Assembly (NCBI GenBank): GCA_963700635.1
Contig: CAVOYH010000004.1
Span: 320,001 to 384,000 of the forward strand
Length of the DNA: 64,000 nucleotides
Source of the DNA: an uncultured Bacteroidota bacterium
Lineage (GTDB): Bacteria; Bacteroidota; Ignavibacteria; UBA10030; UBA6906
Direction of reading: 5' to 3'
A program made the translations under genes and the position numbers. Of this stretch, positions 10,777-20,570 are shown piece after piece (positions within the stretch are counted from its first letter, which is position 1; each line of letters starts with the position of its first letter). Below the pieces are notes generated by a model, which searched no databases, was not told where the DNA came from, and saw only the letters and a program-made list of their open reading frames with translations.

Positions 10777-11347
10777 AAAGATACGCGATGCCGGTCCCGA
10801 CGGTCGAAAGGGTCACCAGCAGCATCATGCCAAAGAGCACTTGCGGGTGCATAAGACTCTCGATGGTCGGGCCGAACTGCTCATACACCGAAGGTACACT
10901 CCGGGCTACAAAAAGTATAAGGATATAGTAGATAACGACAAATTCGCCGAACGTCTTGGCCTGGGCACCTTTTGATGTGACGATAGGCCGGTCATGGTAT
11001 TCGGCGTAACTCCGCAGACCCGTAATCAGAAAGTCTCTGCCGATGACGATCCAGACCATCCATGCGTCGACAAGGTCAAGATGTACATACGCGAGGAGGG
11101 CGGCAGAGGAAAGGATCTTATCTGCGAGAGGATCGAGGAATTTTCCCCAGCGCGAGGTGTAGTCCAATTTCCTCGCTATCCATCCATCGTACCAGTCGGT
11201 GAGCGCGGCGATGATAAAAATGGCAAGTGAAAGCTGACGGAACAGGGGGCTGTCCGAGAGGAGAAACCAGGCGAACACCGGCGTTAAAGCAATACGCAGC
11301 AGTGTCAGCTGGTTTGGAAGGTTGAGTTCGAGGTGAAGTCTCGGCAT
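10715..11347 (-). CDS. pgsA: CDP-diacylglycerol--glycerol-3-phosphate 3-phosphatidyltransferase
   Basis: NLPNQLT.LRI and TDWYDGWIARK...GKFLDPLADK CDP-alcohol phosphotransferase motif. Start moved downstream of the rpmB terminator. Confidence 0.88.
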   Translation of the reverse strand: MPRLHLELNLPNQLTLLRIALTPVFAWFLLSDSPLFRQLSLAIFIIAALTDWYDGWIARKLDYTSRWGKFLDPLADKILSSAALLAYVHLDLVDAWMVWIVIGRDFLITGLRSYAEYHDRPIVTSKGAQAKTFGEFVVIYYILILFVARSVPSVYEQFGPTIESLMHPQVLFGMMLLVTLSTVGTGIAYLFDNGKTLLELSERFRTRPRS

Positions 11348-11361
11348 CGCGCTTCTGGGAT

Positions 11362-11396
11362 AAATAAAAAAGCCATCGAACAAAGATGATGGCTTT
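11362..11396 (-). terminator. intrinsic terminator downstream of rpmB
   Basis: Minus strand reads AAAGCCATC-loop-GATGGCTTT followed by TTTATTT. Confidence 0.7.
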
Positions 11397-11420
11397 GGGA
11401 CAGGATTGTCTGACAACCCG

Positions 11421-11612
11421 TCAGGCGGCCTTCTGCACCTTGTTTGATTTCAGGCAATTCGTGCAGACCGTCAGGCGTTTTGTGCGGCCGTTCACAAGTG
11501 CCCGCACCTCCTGGAGGTTCGGCATCCAGCGCCTGCGCGTGAGGTTATGCGCGTGACTGATATTGTTGCCGCTCATCGGCTTTTTGCCGCAGATATCGCA
11601 AACTCGTGCCAT
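11421..11612 (-). CDS. rpmB: 50S ribosomal protein L28
   Basis: [34 protein letters not shown]...CTNC, the zinc-ribbon form of bL28. Confidence 0.97.
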   Translation of the reverse strand: MARVCDICGKKPMSGNNISHAHNLTRRRWMPNLQEVRALVNGRTKRLTVCTNCLKSNKVQKAA

Positions 11613-11640
11613 TTTTCATGCCTTTGATTTATAGCATATA

Positions 11641-11669
11641 AATATAGCAGTTCCTGCGAAAAAAAGCAA
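11641..11669 (-). promoter_or_regulatory. sigma70-like promoter of rpmB
   Basis: TTGCTT-17 nt-TATATT. Confidence 0.6.
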
Positions 11670-11907
11670 GGAGAAAAGGATCCCGCGTGAAAGGGACCTG
11701 ATCTACCCTTGCCAGTCAATGCGAGGCAGAACAGCAGGGGGAAACGAGCAATTCGGATTTCGCCCTTCTGCCCTGTATATATTGCGGGGCTTCTCGGGCC
11801 GGCTGCCCTGAGGGGTTTAGCAGGCTGTGCCCCCCCCTAATGAAACCAGAAGAAAATCCGTCCACTGCCTTGTGCAACCCTTTCATGCCCACCCGGGGGG
11901 AGCCGCC

Positions 11908-13167
11908 ATGACCATCAAGAGGATCACCTGTCTGATCGCAGGCCCCGCTCTTGCCGCCTTTGCTCTGTTGATCCCGGCGTGGATGTCTTTTCTTAATACC
12001 GCCCCGAAAACCGGCCCGGAAGAGGCATTGATCATTGACAGGTCAGGAGAAATTGTTTTTCCCGTTCGTGCGGCTATCGCCCGCAAGCAGATCCTGGTCA
12101 AACGCCTCTCGACCAGCGGTACACTACGCGCCCGGCGTGAGGTCGAAATCCGATCCCGTGTTGCCGGGTGTCTCACCGGCGTATCTGCGTACAACGGAAA
12201 GTTTGTCAACCGGGGAGAACCCCTTGCCACCATCGATGACCGTGCGTACCGTCTTGCGTTCGATCGAGCCAGAGCAAACCTCCTGAATGCTCAGATCGAG
12301 TTTAGAACCCTCAGCGCGACACCCTTCCTTGTGGCATCCGACTCCCTGGAGACCCAACGCCGGCGAGAAACGGAGATGCTCCGGATCGATACACTCCGCC
12401 AGATGTATGACTCGGGTCACCTTGACGACGAGGCGTACGCACGACTGTACCGCGAGCGGGAAGCTGCACTGGCCTATCTTACCGCCAACCGGGGCGACGT
12501 GATCGCCGGACGCAGCGGACTTGCACAATCACGGGAGGCATTCGAAACGGCGAACCTGAATCTGCAGGGGACACGCGTCGCAGCGCCGTTTCCGGGGCAT
12601 GTGGCCGATTGCCTCCTCGTCCCGGACATGCATGTGGGGGAGGGACAACTCCTCCTGAAGCTCCTTGATCTTTCGGCACTCCTTGTCGATGTGGATATTC
12701 TGGAAAGTGAAGTCGGCAGAATTGTTGTCGGACAGAAAGCCCGGATTCAGGTTGTCGGATTTCCCGGAAGACAATTTTATGGCTCTGTCCTCCATCGTAA
12801 TCCTCTTGTGGATGTGAAATCCAGGACGATGAGGGTGACCATCGTCCTCGAGTCCGGACGCCGGGGGAGGTCATCTCCGCTGGTATTCCTGCGACCCGGG
12901 ATGTTTGCGACCGTGTTTGTGGAGACGGATGTCCTCTATGACCGGCTTGTCGTTCCGCGTGTTGCCGTCCTGGAGCGCGACGAACGTAGTCTGGTGTTTA
13001 CCCTCGAAGGATCTCTCGCAAAGTGGCACTACGTGGAAACGGGAGAGAGGAACGAAGAGTTCGTTGAAATCCTGGACGGCCTGGGAGCCGGCGATACCGT
13101 CATGATTGACGGTCACCATACCCTTGCGCACGACGCACGGGTCTCGATCACCAACAGATTGCCGTAA
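11908..13167 (+). CDS. RND efflux periplasmic adaptor with long hairpin insertion
   Basis: N-terminal TM, NGKFVNRGEPL, VAAPFPG, LRPGMFA. Precedes two RND permeases. ATG at 11908 has a GGGAG SD. Confidence 0.85.
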   Translation: MTIKRITCLIAGPALAAFALLIPAWMSFLNTAPKTGPEEALIIDRSGEIVFPVRAAIARKQILVKRLSTSGTLRARREVEIRSRVAGCLTGVSAYNGKFVNRGEPLATIDDRAYRLAFDRARANLLNAQIEFRTLSATPFLVASDSLETQRRRETEMLRIDTLRQMYDSGHLDDEAYARLYREREAALAYLTANRGDVIAGRSGLAQSREAFETANLNLQGTRVAAPFPGHVADCLLVPDMHVGEGQLLLKLLDLSALLVDVDILESEVGRIVVGQKARIQVVGFPGRQFYGSVLHRNPLVDVKSRTMRVTIVLESGRRGRSSPLVFLRPGMFATVFVETDVLYDRLVVPRVAVLERDERSLVFTLEGSLAKWHYVETGERNEEFVEILDGLGAGDTVMIDGHHTLAHDARVSITNRLP

Positions 13168-13182
13168 GTTCCTGGATAGCAA

Positions 13183-16100
13183 ATGAGCCTCGCGTCTATC
13201 GCCGTCCGGCGACCCGTAACCACTCTGATGCTGTACACGGGAATTGTGCTGCTGGGACTCGTTGCACTGTTCAATCTGCCTGTCGATTTTCTGCCCACCA
13301 TTCAGATCCCGAAGGTCACCGTTCAGACATTTTATCCCGGTACGTCTCCCGCAGAGGTGGAGTTTGTGGTCACCCAGCCGATCGAATCCTCGCTGGGTAC
13401 TGTGGCGGGAGTGAAGAAGATCCGTTCGATCACACGTGAGGGCTTGTCTGTCGTTACGGTGGAGTTCTACTGGGGCACCAGCATGGACTTCGCCGTGCTT
13501 GAGATCCGGGAGAAGCTGGACCAGGTACGGTGGGCCTTTCCCGTTGAGGTGGGACGACCTGCTATTCTCCGCGTGGACCCGTCGGTGGAACCCATCATGA
13601 CGATTGCCGTCTCCTCGTTGAGATTCTCATCAGGGGATGAAACCCGGGAACTGGCTGAGGTCAATGAGATCGCCCGGACGCTGCTGAAACGCCGGATTGA
13701 ACAGGTTGACGGCGTGGCCCAGGCTGCCGTCATCGGGGGAGTCGAGCGCGAGGTCCATGTTGATGTTCATCTCCCCGTGCTCCGGGCACTCGGCATTGGT
13801 ATCGATCAGGTGTCAGAGGCCCTCGCCGCGGCAAACGTGAATCTCCCGGGAGGGAGCATACGGCAGGGACTGTTCAGGTATGCGTTACGAACAGCGGGTG
13901 AATGTAAGGACCTTGACGACATCCGCAACGTGGTGATCTGCCGGACCGGCGCGGGTCGGCAGATCCGGATTGCCGATTGCGCAACAGTCCGGGACGCACA
14001 CCGGGAACGTTCTGGACTCACGCGGTACAACGGGCGTGAAGTGATCGTCATACAGGTCCGGAAAGAAGCGGACGCCAACACCGTAAGGGTTTCCCGTTCG
14101 GTGCACTCCGTCCTGGATCAGTTGCAGAATGAAAATCCGGGCCTTTCGCTCATGGTCATCGCCGACCACGCGGAATTCATCGCTCAATCCGTCAGCGATG
14201 TCCAGGACGCCATTGCCATCGGGGCGCTGCTGGCGTCGGTCGTCCTGTTCTATTTCCTGAAGCAGCCCAGGTACCCGCTCATTATCGGCCTGACCATACC
14301 GGTGTCCATTCTTGCGACGATCGTTGTTATGCATTTCCTTCGGATCAACCTGAACGTCATATCTCTGACGGGTCTTGCACTGGGAATAGGAATGCTGGGA
14401 GACAACGCAATTGTGCTGATTGAGAATGTGTCCCGCCTGCGGGAGCAAGGAATGCCGCTTGTCGATGCCACACTGGAAGGGGCACGGGAGATCGGGACGG
14501 CGGTGACAGCCTCAACGCTTACCAACGTCGCGATCTTCCTGCCAATCATGTTCGTGGAAGGTGTAGCCGCACAGTTGTTCGCTGATATGGGAGCAACGAT
14601 GACGATTTCCCTTATGGTGTCGTTGCTCGTGGCAGTGACTCTCGTTCCGATGCTGGTCTCTCGCGAAGGCTTCCGGGGTAGCCGGTCGGTCAGGAGGCTC
14701 GGGCGCATGGTACCCGTGAACCGGGAGAGTGCCATCTGGAGGAGGGTGACGCCTTCCTTGAATATAGAGAGGCTCGACGAGAGTTTGCATCAGGGTGTAG
14801 GGTGGTATTTGACCTGGGCCCTTGATCATCGTGCCGCGGTGCTGTGGACGGCCGTCGTTCTTCTCGTGTGCGCCATAATCATTGCCCTTCATATTCCCGC
14901 TGAACCTGCACCGGACATCGATCAACGCCGGTTCATCGTGCAGGTCCGCTTGCCGCGGGGAACGTCTCTTGAGGGGACCAGCAACTTCTCTCGCTCCATC
15001 GAAGCCCCTCTGGAGGCCATGCAGGGCGTTCGGGGAGTGTTCGCGCGTGTAGGTGCCACGGAGGGAGATGTCTTTGCGCACGTCCATGAGGCATCATCTG
15101 AGGTGGCGTTTCTTGAGGTGATCCTGCAGGAGCAGGCTGCGGCTCCGGTGATCATGGATGCGGCAAGGACATTTCTGCAGCATCTTTCGGCATCAACCGA
15201 TGGGATCGAATATTCTGTAAAACCCCGCGGAACCTCCTTTGAACAGATTCTGAGACCGGAACCAAATGATGTATGCTGCAACATCGTCGGCCATGACATG
15301 GCAGCGGTGGAACGGCTCGCCGGTCTTTACGCGCAGAAAATCCAACGTATTCCCGGTCTGGTAGATCTCCGCCTGTCTCTACAGGAAGGCACTCCGGAAC
15401 ATCACATTACGATCGATCGCGAAGCAGCGGGTCGTCACGGATTGAGCGTGCGGGAGGTCGCCACGCATCTGATGCGCACGGTGCGCGGAAACGAAGCATC
15501 GTCGTTGAGTGATTTCGACAGGAAGGTCACGATCCGCGTAAAGCCCTCGGCCGGGAACCGGGGCGATGTCAGCGCTGTGCTTGAGTCGTATGTGGGTGCG
15601 GGAGAGAACGCGGTCCCTGTCCGGTCAGTCACAACGTGGAAAGAGACTCGCGGGTATGCGGAGATCTGGCGGGAGAATCAGCAGCGGACTCATGTTCTCG
15701 TGGCGAATGTGAGCGGGCGATCGGTGGGAAAGGTCGTACGCGATATGGAAGATGCGGCCAAAGAGCTTCATCTGCCGCCGGGGTATTCCATTTTCATAGG
15801 CGGCGAAAACGAAGAGATCCGTGAATCCTTCCTGGGGCTGTCTGTCGTGATCCTTCTCTCCCTGTTTCTTGTCTTTATGATCCTCGCCGCGGAGTATGAG
15901 TCCATCCTGTATCCGCTCGTCATACTGTTGACGAGCCCGCTCGCATTCATCGGAGCAATATTCGCCATGGGCATAACCGGACAACACTTTAATGTCATGT
16001 CGCTTGTGGGATTGGTGATCATGATCGGTGCGGTGGATAACGACGCCGTTATCGTGGTGGATCTGATTACAGGCCTGCGGCGTGATGGTATCGCGCTCCG

Positions 16101-16347
16101 GGAAGCCATTGTCAGGGGGATGCAGCAACGGCTGCGGCCGATACTCATGACAACCACAACGACGGTTCTGGGGATCATCCCACTGGTGTTCGAATTCGGG
16201 TCGGGGTCGGAACTCGTGCGGGCGCTGACCGTGCCACTGGTGGGTGGGCTTGTCGCCTCCACGCTGTTTACGGTGGCGGTGATTCCGGCTGTGTATGCGT
16301 CGATTGATCAATGGGCAGTGGGAATGAGGGGAAGTGTGCGGACATGA
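13183..16347 (+). CDS. RND efflux permease (AcrB/CusA superfamily)
   Basis: 1054 aa, RPVTT N-terminus, GMLGDNAIVLIEN, RLRPILMT, 12-TM-type pattern. Confidence 0.9.
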   Translation: MSLASIAVRRPVTTLMLYTGIVLLGLVALFNLPVDFLPTIQIPKVTVQTFYPGTSPAEVEFVVTQPIESSLGTVAGVKKIRSITREGLSVVTVEFYWGTSMDFAVLEIREKLDQVRWAFPVEVGRPAILRVDPSVEPIMTIAVSSLRFSSGDETRELAEVNEIARTLLKRRIEQVDGVAQAAVIGGVEREVHVDVHLPVLRALGIGIDQVSEALAAANVNLPGGSIRQGLFRYALRTAGECKDLDDIRNVVICRTGAGRQIRIADCATVRDAHRERSGLTRYNGREVIVIQVRKEADANTVRVSRSVHSVLDQLQNENPGLSLMVIADHAEFIAQSVSDVQDAIAIGALLASVVLFYFLKQPRYPLIIGLTIPVSILATIVVMHFLRINLNVISLTGLALGIGMLGDNAIVLIENVSRLREQGMPLVDATLEGAREIGTAVTASTLTNVAIFLPIMFVEGVAAQLFADMGATMTISLMVSLLVAVTLVPMLVSREGFRGSRSVRRLGRMVPVNRESAIWRRVTPSLNIERLDESLHQGVGWYLTWALDHRAAVLWTAVVLLVCAIIIALHIPAEPAPDIDQRRFIVQVRLPRGTSLEGTSNFSRSIEAPLEAMQGVRGVFARVGATEGDVFAHVHEASSEVAFLEVILQEQAAAPVIMDAARTFLQHLSASTDGIEYSVKPRGTSFEQILRPEPNDVCCNIVGHDMAAVERLAGLYAQKIQRIPGLVDLRLSLQEGTPEHHITIDREAAGRHGLSVREVATHLMRTVRGNEASSLSDFDRKVTIRVKPSAGNRGDVSAVLESYVGAGENAVPVRSVTTWKETRGYAEIWRENQQRTHVLVANVSGRSVGKVVRDMEDAAKELHLPPGYSIFIGGENEEIRESFLGLSVVILLSLFLVFMILAAEYESILYPLVILLTSPLAFIGAIFAMGITGQHFNVMSLVGLVIMIGAVDNDAVIVVDLITGLRRDGIALREAIVRGMQQRLRPILMTTTTTVLGIIPLVFEFGSGSELVRALTVPLVGGLVASTLFTVAVIPAVYASIDQWAVGMRGSVRT

Positions 16348-19300
16348 TTGAACGTTTCACGCAGTTTCTTATCCACCGGCCTGTCGCGGTCTCGACGGTT
16401 TATGCAGCGCTTGTGGCCTCAGGTCTGTTTGCTCTGGAACGGCTCCCTGTTGATCTCACACCTGCCGTCGATTTTCCAGCACTTTCAATCCAGACAGCCT
16501 GGCCCGGCGTCCCCGCCGAAACCGTGGAAATGATCCTCACATCACCTATTGAAGAGACCGCTCATACGATCCCCGGTATACGAAGGGTGAGTTCTGTCTC
16601 TTCCGAAGGGCACTCACGGGTTCACGCCGAATTCGAACCGAAGACAAAAATGGACTTCGCCCGTCTTGAATTATACGAGAAACTGGCGGCACTTGTCCGA
16701 ACCCTGCCCCCCGGAATCGGGTCTCCGGCTCTTGATCCGTATGTGCCCGAGGATCTCCGGGATCTTCACGGCTTTATGAGTTATTCGCTTGTGGGAACCC
16801 AGTCCGCCTCTGTCCTGAGGAATCTGGGACAGGGAGAGATTGCCCCGCGTCTGCGCTCGATCCGGGGTGTGGCGGATGTGGTCGTGCTCGGGGGCGAGGA
16901 AGAAGAGGTACACATTGAGCTTGATGCACAGAAAATTCTCTCCCTTGGACTCCGAGTTGAAGAGTTGACGGCCGGGCTCAACACGCTGGAGTACAATGCG
17001 CCGGTCGGGGTGCTCTCACGCAGTTCAACCCGCGAGATTGTCTCCGTCCGGACAGCGGATCTCACGCTGGACAGGCTCAAGCGGGTACCCATAACACACA
17101 CGTCAAGCGGCTCGCCGGTTCGGCTTGGAGACATCGCCACGGTGAGCCTGACAACCGGCGAAAAGACGGGATTGTTCAGGATCAACGGGAAGGCCAGCGT
17201 GACAATTCGGATAGACAAGGATCCGTCAGTGAATACGCTGAGGCTTGCAGACGGAGTCTCTGCCCGCATCCAAGAGCTCCGGAGTTTACTGCCTGAGGGA
17301 GTGGAATTGATCCTAGAATCGGACACGAGCCGGGACATGCGTGCAGAGCTGGCGGCCCTCTATCGGGATAGTGTCCTTTCGATCCTGTGCATTCTGATTG
17401 TGTTATTCCTGTTCCTCGGTCATTGGAACGCGCCTCTTGTCGTATTCTCCTCGATTCTTTTTTCCCTTGCAGGCACTTTTCTGCTGTTCTGGTTGCTCGG
17501 CATCGGGCTGCATTTGTTCAGTCTGGCCGGACTGATACTGGGCTCTGGCCGGCTGGTGGACGACTCGATCGTGGTACTGGACAATATTCAGAGGAGGGGC
17601 GCACTGGATACGTCGCGAACGGCGATTCCTTCTGCTATGGCGGAGATAGCCCTGCCGGTCATCGCGTCAACCGGGACCACCATCGGTGCCCTGTTACCAA
17701 CGGGTTTCCTCCCGGCAGACCTGAAGCCCTACTTCTTCCAGTTCGCTCTGGCCGTTGGTGTATCACTTGTGATGTCGCTGGTGGTGTCCTGCACGCTTAT
17801 CCCTGTGATAGCGCACAGGGTGCGGCTGTCACCCCTGCTGCCTGATGTGTACGCGGGCGCGGGAGAATGGGGAATGCGGACATATGCATGGCTCCTGCGG
17901 AAAGTGCTCACGCACCGGCTGGTTGTGATGTTTGTCGTACTCTGGTTGTTTGGCATTCCCATCTGGCTGCTGCCGGAAAACAGCAACGTCCCCGGATTCC
18001 CCGGGCATGTCTACAACACCGTTTTTGGAAGCGGCTGGTATCGGGCGGCTCGGCCGTATCTGAATCAGATTCTGGGAGGGAGTTGTTTTCTTTTTTTTAC
18101 GAAGGTGCGGATGGGTGAGGTGTGGGAGTATCAACGGGAGACCTACCTGATCGTCCGTGTGACGTTCCCGCAGGGAATGGACCTGCACCGTTGTGATGAC
18201 ATTGCAAAGGCCGTCGAATCGGAGGCGCTGAGTTTTGGTGCACACATCGAAAAGGTGACGTGCCTCGTGGAGCAGGATTATGCGTTTATTCGCATTACCA
18301 TTCCCGATGCGCGTGCCAGTACGGAGATCCCTTTTATCGTCAAGAATCGATTGACGAAGTTGGCCTCGCAAACGGGCGGGGCTTCGATAGGCATCTGGGG
18401 CTTCGGACCCGGGTTCACCAGCGGGGGTGAGACCCCACCCACATTTGCCGTAAGGGTTCTCGGATACAATTATGAGAGGGTGAAAGTAATCGCGGAAAGA
18501 ATCCGGACCCGGCTCGAAGCAAATCCCCGGATTGCTGATGTGGATATCAACCGTTCCTGGACAGGACAACGGGGAAAGGCGGCGGAGGTGGTTGCATACG
18601 TAGACCGGCTCGAAGCGGCCCGGCATGATATCCCTGTGGCAGAGCTTGTGAACGCCATCCGGACCCACACCCCGGGAGCAGTTCACCGGAACCGATTGAC
18701 GATCGACGGGATACGGGTGCCGTACACCGTGAAGTTTGCAGGATATCAGGAGTGTAGTGCGGAGGAGTTACAGAACGTCATGATCACAGGCAGGGAAAGG
18801 CAGACTGTACGACTGCTTGGGCTTCTCTCGCTTCGCAAACACCCGACACCCGGAGAGATCCTGCGGGAAAACCGGAGCTATGTCCGGTGGATTTCCTTTG
18901 AATACCGGGGACCACTTCGGCACGCCATTTCATTCGTCGATGCATCCATCCGGGCCACGGTGTTGCCACACGGTTACCGGGTTGACCGGTCGGCCTCAGG
19001 CTTTACCTTCTCGGAAAACGACAGGGACTGGTTGCTGCTCACGGCCGGAATTGCGCTGGCGCTGGTGTATATGATCACGGCATCCCTCTACGAATCATTC
19101 AAGAACCCCCTCCTCATCATTCTCGCTGTGCCGTTTTCCTTGATAGGGCTCTTTCAGGCATACTATCTCACGGACACTCCGTTCGGGCGGGGCGGATACG
19201 CCGCGGTTTTCCTCCTGATCGGCATTGTGGTTACGAACAGCATCATGCTCGTGGATTGCCTCTCACGCCAGTGCGGCCGGCATGGCTGCACGGTAGAAAC

Positions 19301-19520
19301 TCTTGTTGCGGCTGCTGGACAACGCCTGCGTCCGGTGCTCATGACTACGCTCACAACCACCGGAGGGCTGCTGCCCATGGCATTGTTTGGTGAACGATCG
19401 GGAATATCGAGTTCACTGGCGCTGGGAACCATCGGCGGCCTGCTCTCCTCTATGTGTCTGACCCTGTTGCTGATACCGCTGGCATACCGGATGATACATC
19501 GTCGAGAGTATCGTGCCTGA
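16344..19520 (+). CDS. second, divergent RND efflux permease
   Basis: ATGA overlap with the previous gene. GRLVDDSIVVLDN, GIVVTNSIMLVD, RLRPVLMT. Confidence 0.88.
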   Translation: MIERFTQFLIHRPVAVSTVYAALVASGLFALERLPVDLTPAVDFPALSIQTAWPGVPAETVEMILTSPIEETAHTIPGIRRVSSVSSEGHSRVHAEFEPKTKMDFARLELYEKLAALVRTLPPGIGSPALDPYVPEDLRDLHGFMSYSLVGTQSASVLRNLGQGEIAPRLRSIRGVADVVVLGGEEEEVHIELDAQKILSLGLRVEELTAGLNTLEYNAPVGVLSRSSTREIVSVRTADLTLDRLKRVPITHTSSGSPVRLGDIATVSLTTGEKTGLFRINGKASVTIRIDKDPSVNTLRLADGVSARIQELRSLLPEGVELILESDTSRDMRAELAALYRDSVLSILCILIVLFLFLGHWNAPLVVFSSILFSLAGTFLLFWLLGIGLHLFSLAGLILGSGRLVDDSIVVLDNIQRRGALDTSRTAIPSAMAEIALPVIASTGTTIGALLPTGFLPADLKPYFFQFALAVGVSLVMSLVVSCTLIPVIAHRVRLSPLLPDVYAGAGEWGMRTYAWLLRKVLTHRLVVMFVVLWLFGIPIWLLPENSNVPGFPGHVYNTVFGSGWYRAARPYLNQILGGSCFLFFTKVRMGEVWEYQRETYLIVRVTFPQGMDLHRCDDIAKAVESEALSFGAHIEKVTCLVEQDYAFIRITIPDARASTEIPFIVKNRLTKLASQTGGASIGIWGFGPGFTSGGETPPTFAVRVLGYNYERVKVIAERIRTRLEANPRIADVDINRSWTGQRGKAAEVVAYVDRLEAARHDIPVAELVNAIRTHTPGAVHRNRLTIDGIRVPYTVKFAGYQECSAEELQNVMITGRERQTVRLLGLLSLRKHPTPGEILRENRSYVRWISFEYRGPLRHAISFVDASIRATVLPHGYRVDRSASGFTFSENDRDWLLLTAGIALALVYMITASLYESFKNPLLIILAVPFSLIGLFQAYYLTDTPFGRGGYAAVFLLIGIVVTNSIMLVDCLSRQCGRHGCTVETLVAAAGQRLRPVLMTTLTTTGGLLPMALFGERSGISSSLALGTIGGLLSSMCLTLLLIPLAYRMIHRREYRA

Positions 19521-19532
19521 GCCCCCTCAATC

Positions 19533-19561
19533 TTGAATCTCAGGGCACCTTTGCGTACCAT
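19533..19561 (+). promoter_or_regulatory. promoter of tsaD (likely leaderless)
   Basis: TTGAAT-17 nt-TACCAT, 6 nt before the ATG at 19568. Confidence 0.5.
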
Positions 19562-19567
19562 GATTTT

Positions 19568-20566
19568 ATGACAATTCTTGGCATTGAATCCTCCTGCGAT
19601 GAGACCTCCGCCTCGGTTGTAAAAGACGGCGTCGTCCTGTCGAACATAATATCCTCACAACTGGTCCATAGAACTTATGGTGGTGTTGTTCCGGAACTTG
19701 CATCCCGGGCCCATCAGCGACTGATCCTTGATGTTGTGCAGGAAGCGCTCACGCAGGCACACACGACGCGTGAGGATCTTGGGGGTATCGCCGCCACCCA
19801 CGGTCCCGGACTCATCGGCGCTTTGCTTGTGGGACTCAATTTTGGCAAAGCCATGGCCTACGGGCTTGGAATACCCTTTGTCGGAGTGAATCACATGGAA
19901 GGGCACCTGTACTCGAACATGCTGCGCCCGCAGGCCCATGGGTTCCCATTCCTCGCGCTCATCGTATCCGGAGGCCATACGATGCTGGTTCATGCCACCG
20001 GGCCGTTCCAGCATCGTGTACTCGGTCAAACGCGGGATGACGCCGCCGGGGAGGCTTTTGACAAGGTGGCGAAGATGCTGGGCCTCGGGTATCCCGGGGG
20101 CCCGCGGATAGATGCACTGGCGAAGAAGGGCAATCCCCGGTCAATCCGTTTTCCACGATCATTCCTGGACCGCGACACGTTTGATTTCAGTTTTAGCGGG
20201 GTAAAAACCGCCGTGCTGTACCATGTGCGGGACAACGGAGTACCTGAGACCGAACAGGGGATGGCAGATCTTTGTGCGAGTTTTCAGGATGCGGTTGTGG
20301 ATGTGCTCGTTGAAAAGACACTGCGTGCGGCACGACGGACAGGAGTATCTGACATCACGGTCGCCGGTGGAGTCTCGGCGAATTCCCGCCTGCGGTCACG
20401 ATTGGGGGATGAATGCGAAACACAGGGATTCCGCCTGTTTTCGCCGGGGCTGGAATTTTGTATGGATAACGGCGCCATGATTGCGTACGTTGGCTGGATG
20501 AAATTGAGCCGGGGTGTTCGATCCCCGCTGTCATTGCCCGCTGTCGCTGCCCTGGAGCTGGCCTAA
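19568..20566 (+). CDS. tsaD: tRNA N6-adenosine threonylcarbamoyltransferase
   Basis: ILGIESSCDET, GGVVPELASRAH, HMEGH, SGGHT, DDAAGEAFDKVA, FSFSG.KT, GGVSAN, DNGAMIA. Confidence 0.97.
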   Translation: MTILGIESSCDETSASVVKDGVVLSNIISSQLVHRTYGGVVPELASRAHQRLILDVVQEALTQAHTTREDLGGIAATHGPGLIGALLVGLNFGKAMAYGLGIPFVGVNHMEGHLYSNMLRPQAHGFPFLALIVSGGHTMLVHATGPFQHRVLGQTRDDAAGEAFDKVAKMLGLGYPGGPRIDALAKKGNPRSIRFPRSFLDRDTFDFSFSGVKTAVLYHVRDNGVPETEQGMADLCASFQDAVVDVLVEKTLRAARRTGVSDITVAGGVSANSRLRSRLGDECETQGFRLFSPGLEFCMDNGAMIAYVGWMKLSRGVRSPLSLPAVAALELA

Positions 20567-20570
20567 ACCT

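Noticed and set aside
11840-11911. 23-codon ORF overlapping the MFP start as a possible leader or exported peptide
   Set aside because: No SD, no recognisable leader or precursor motif; expected by chance
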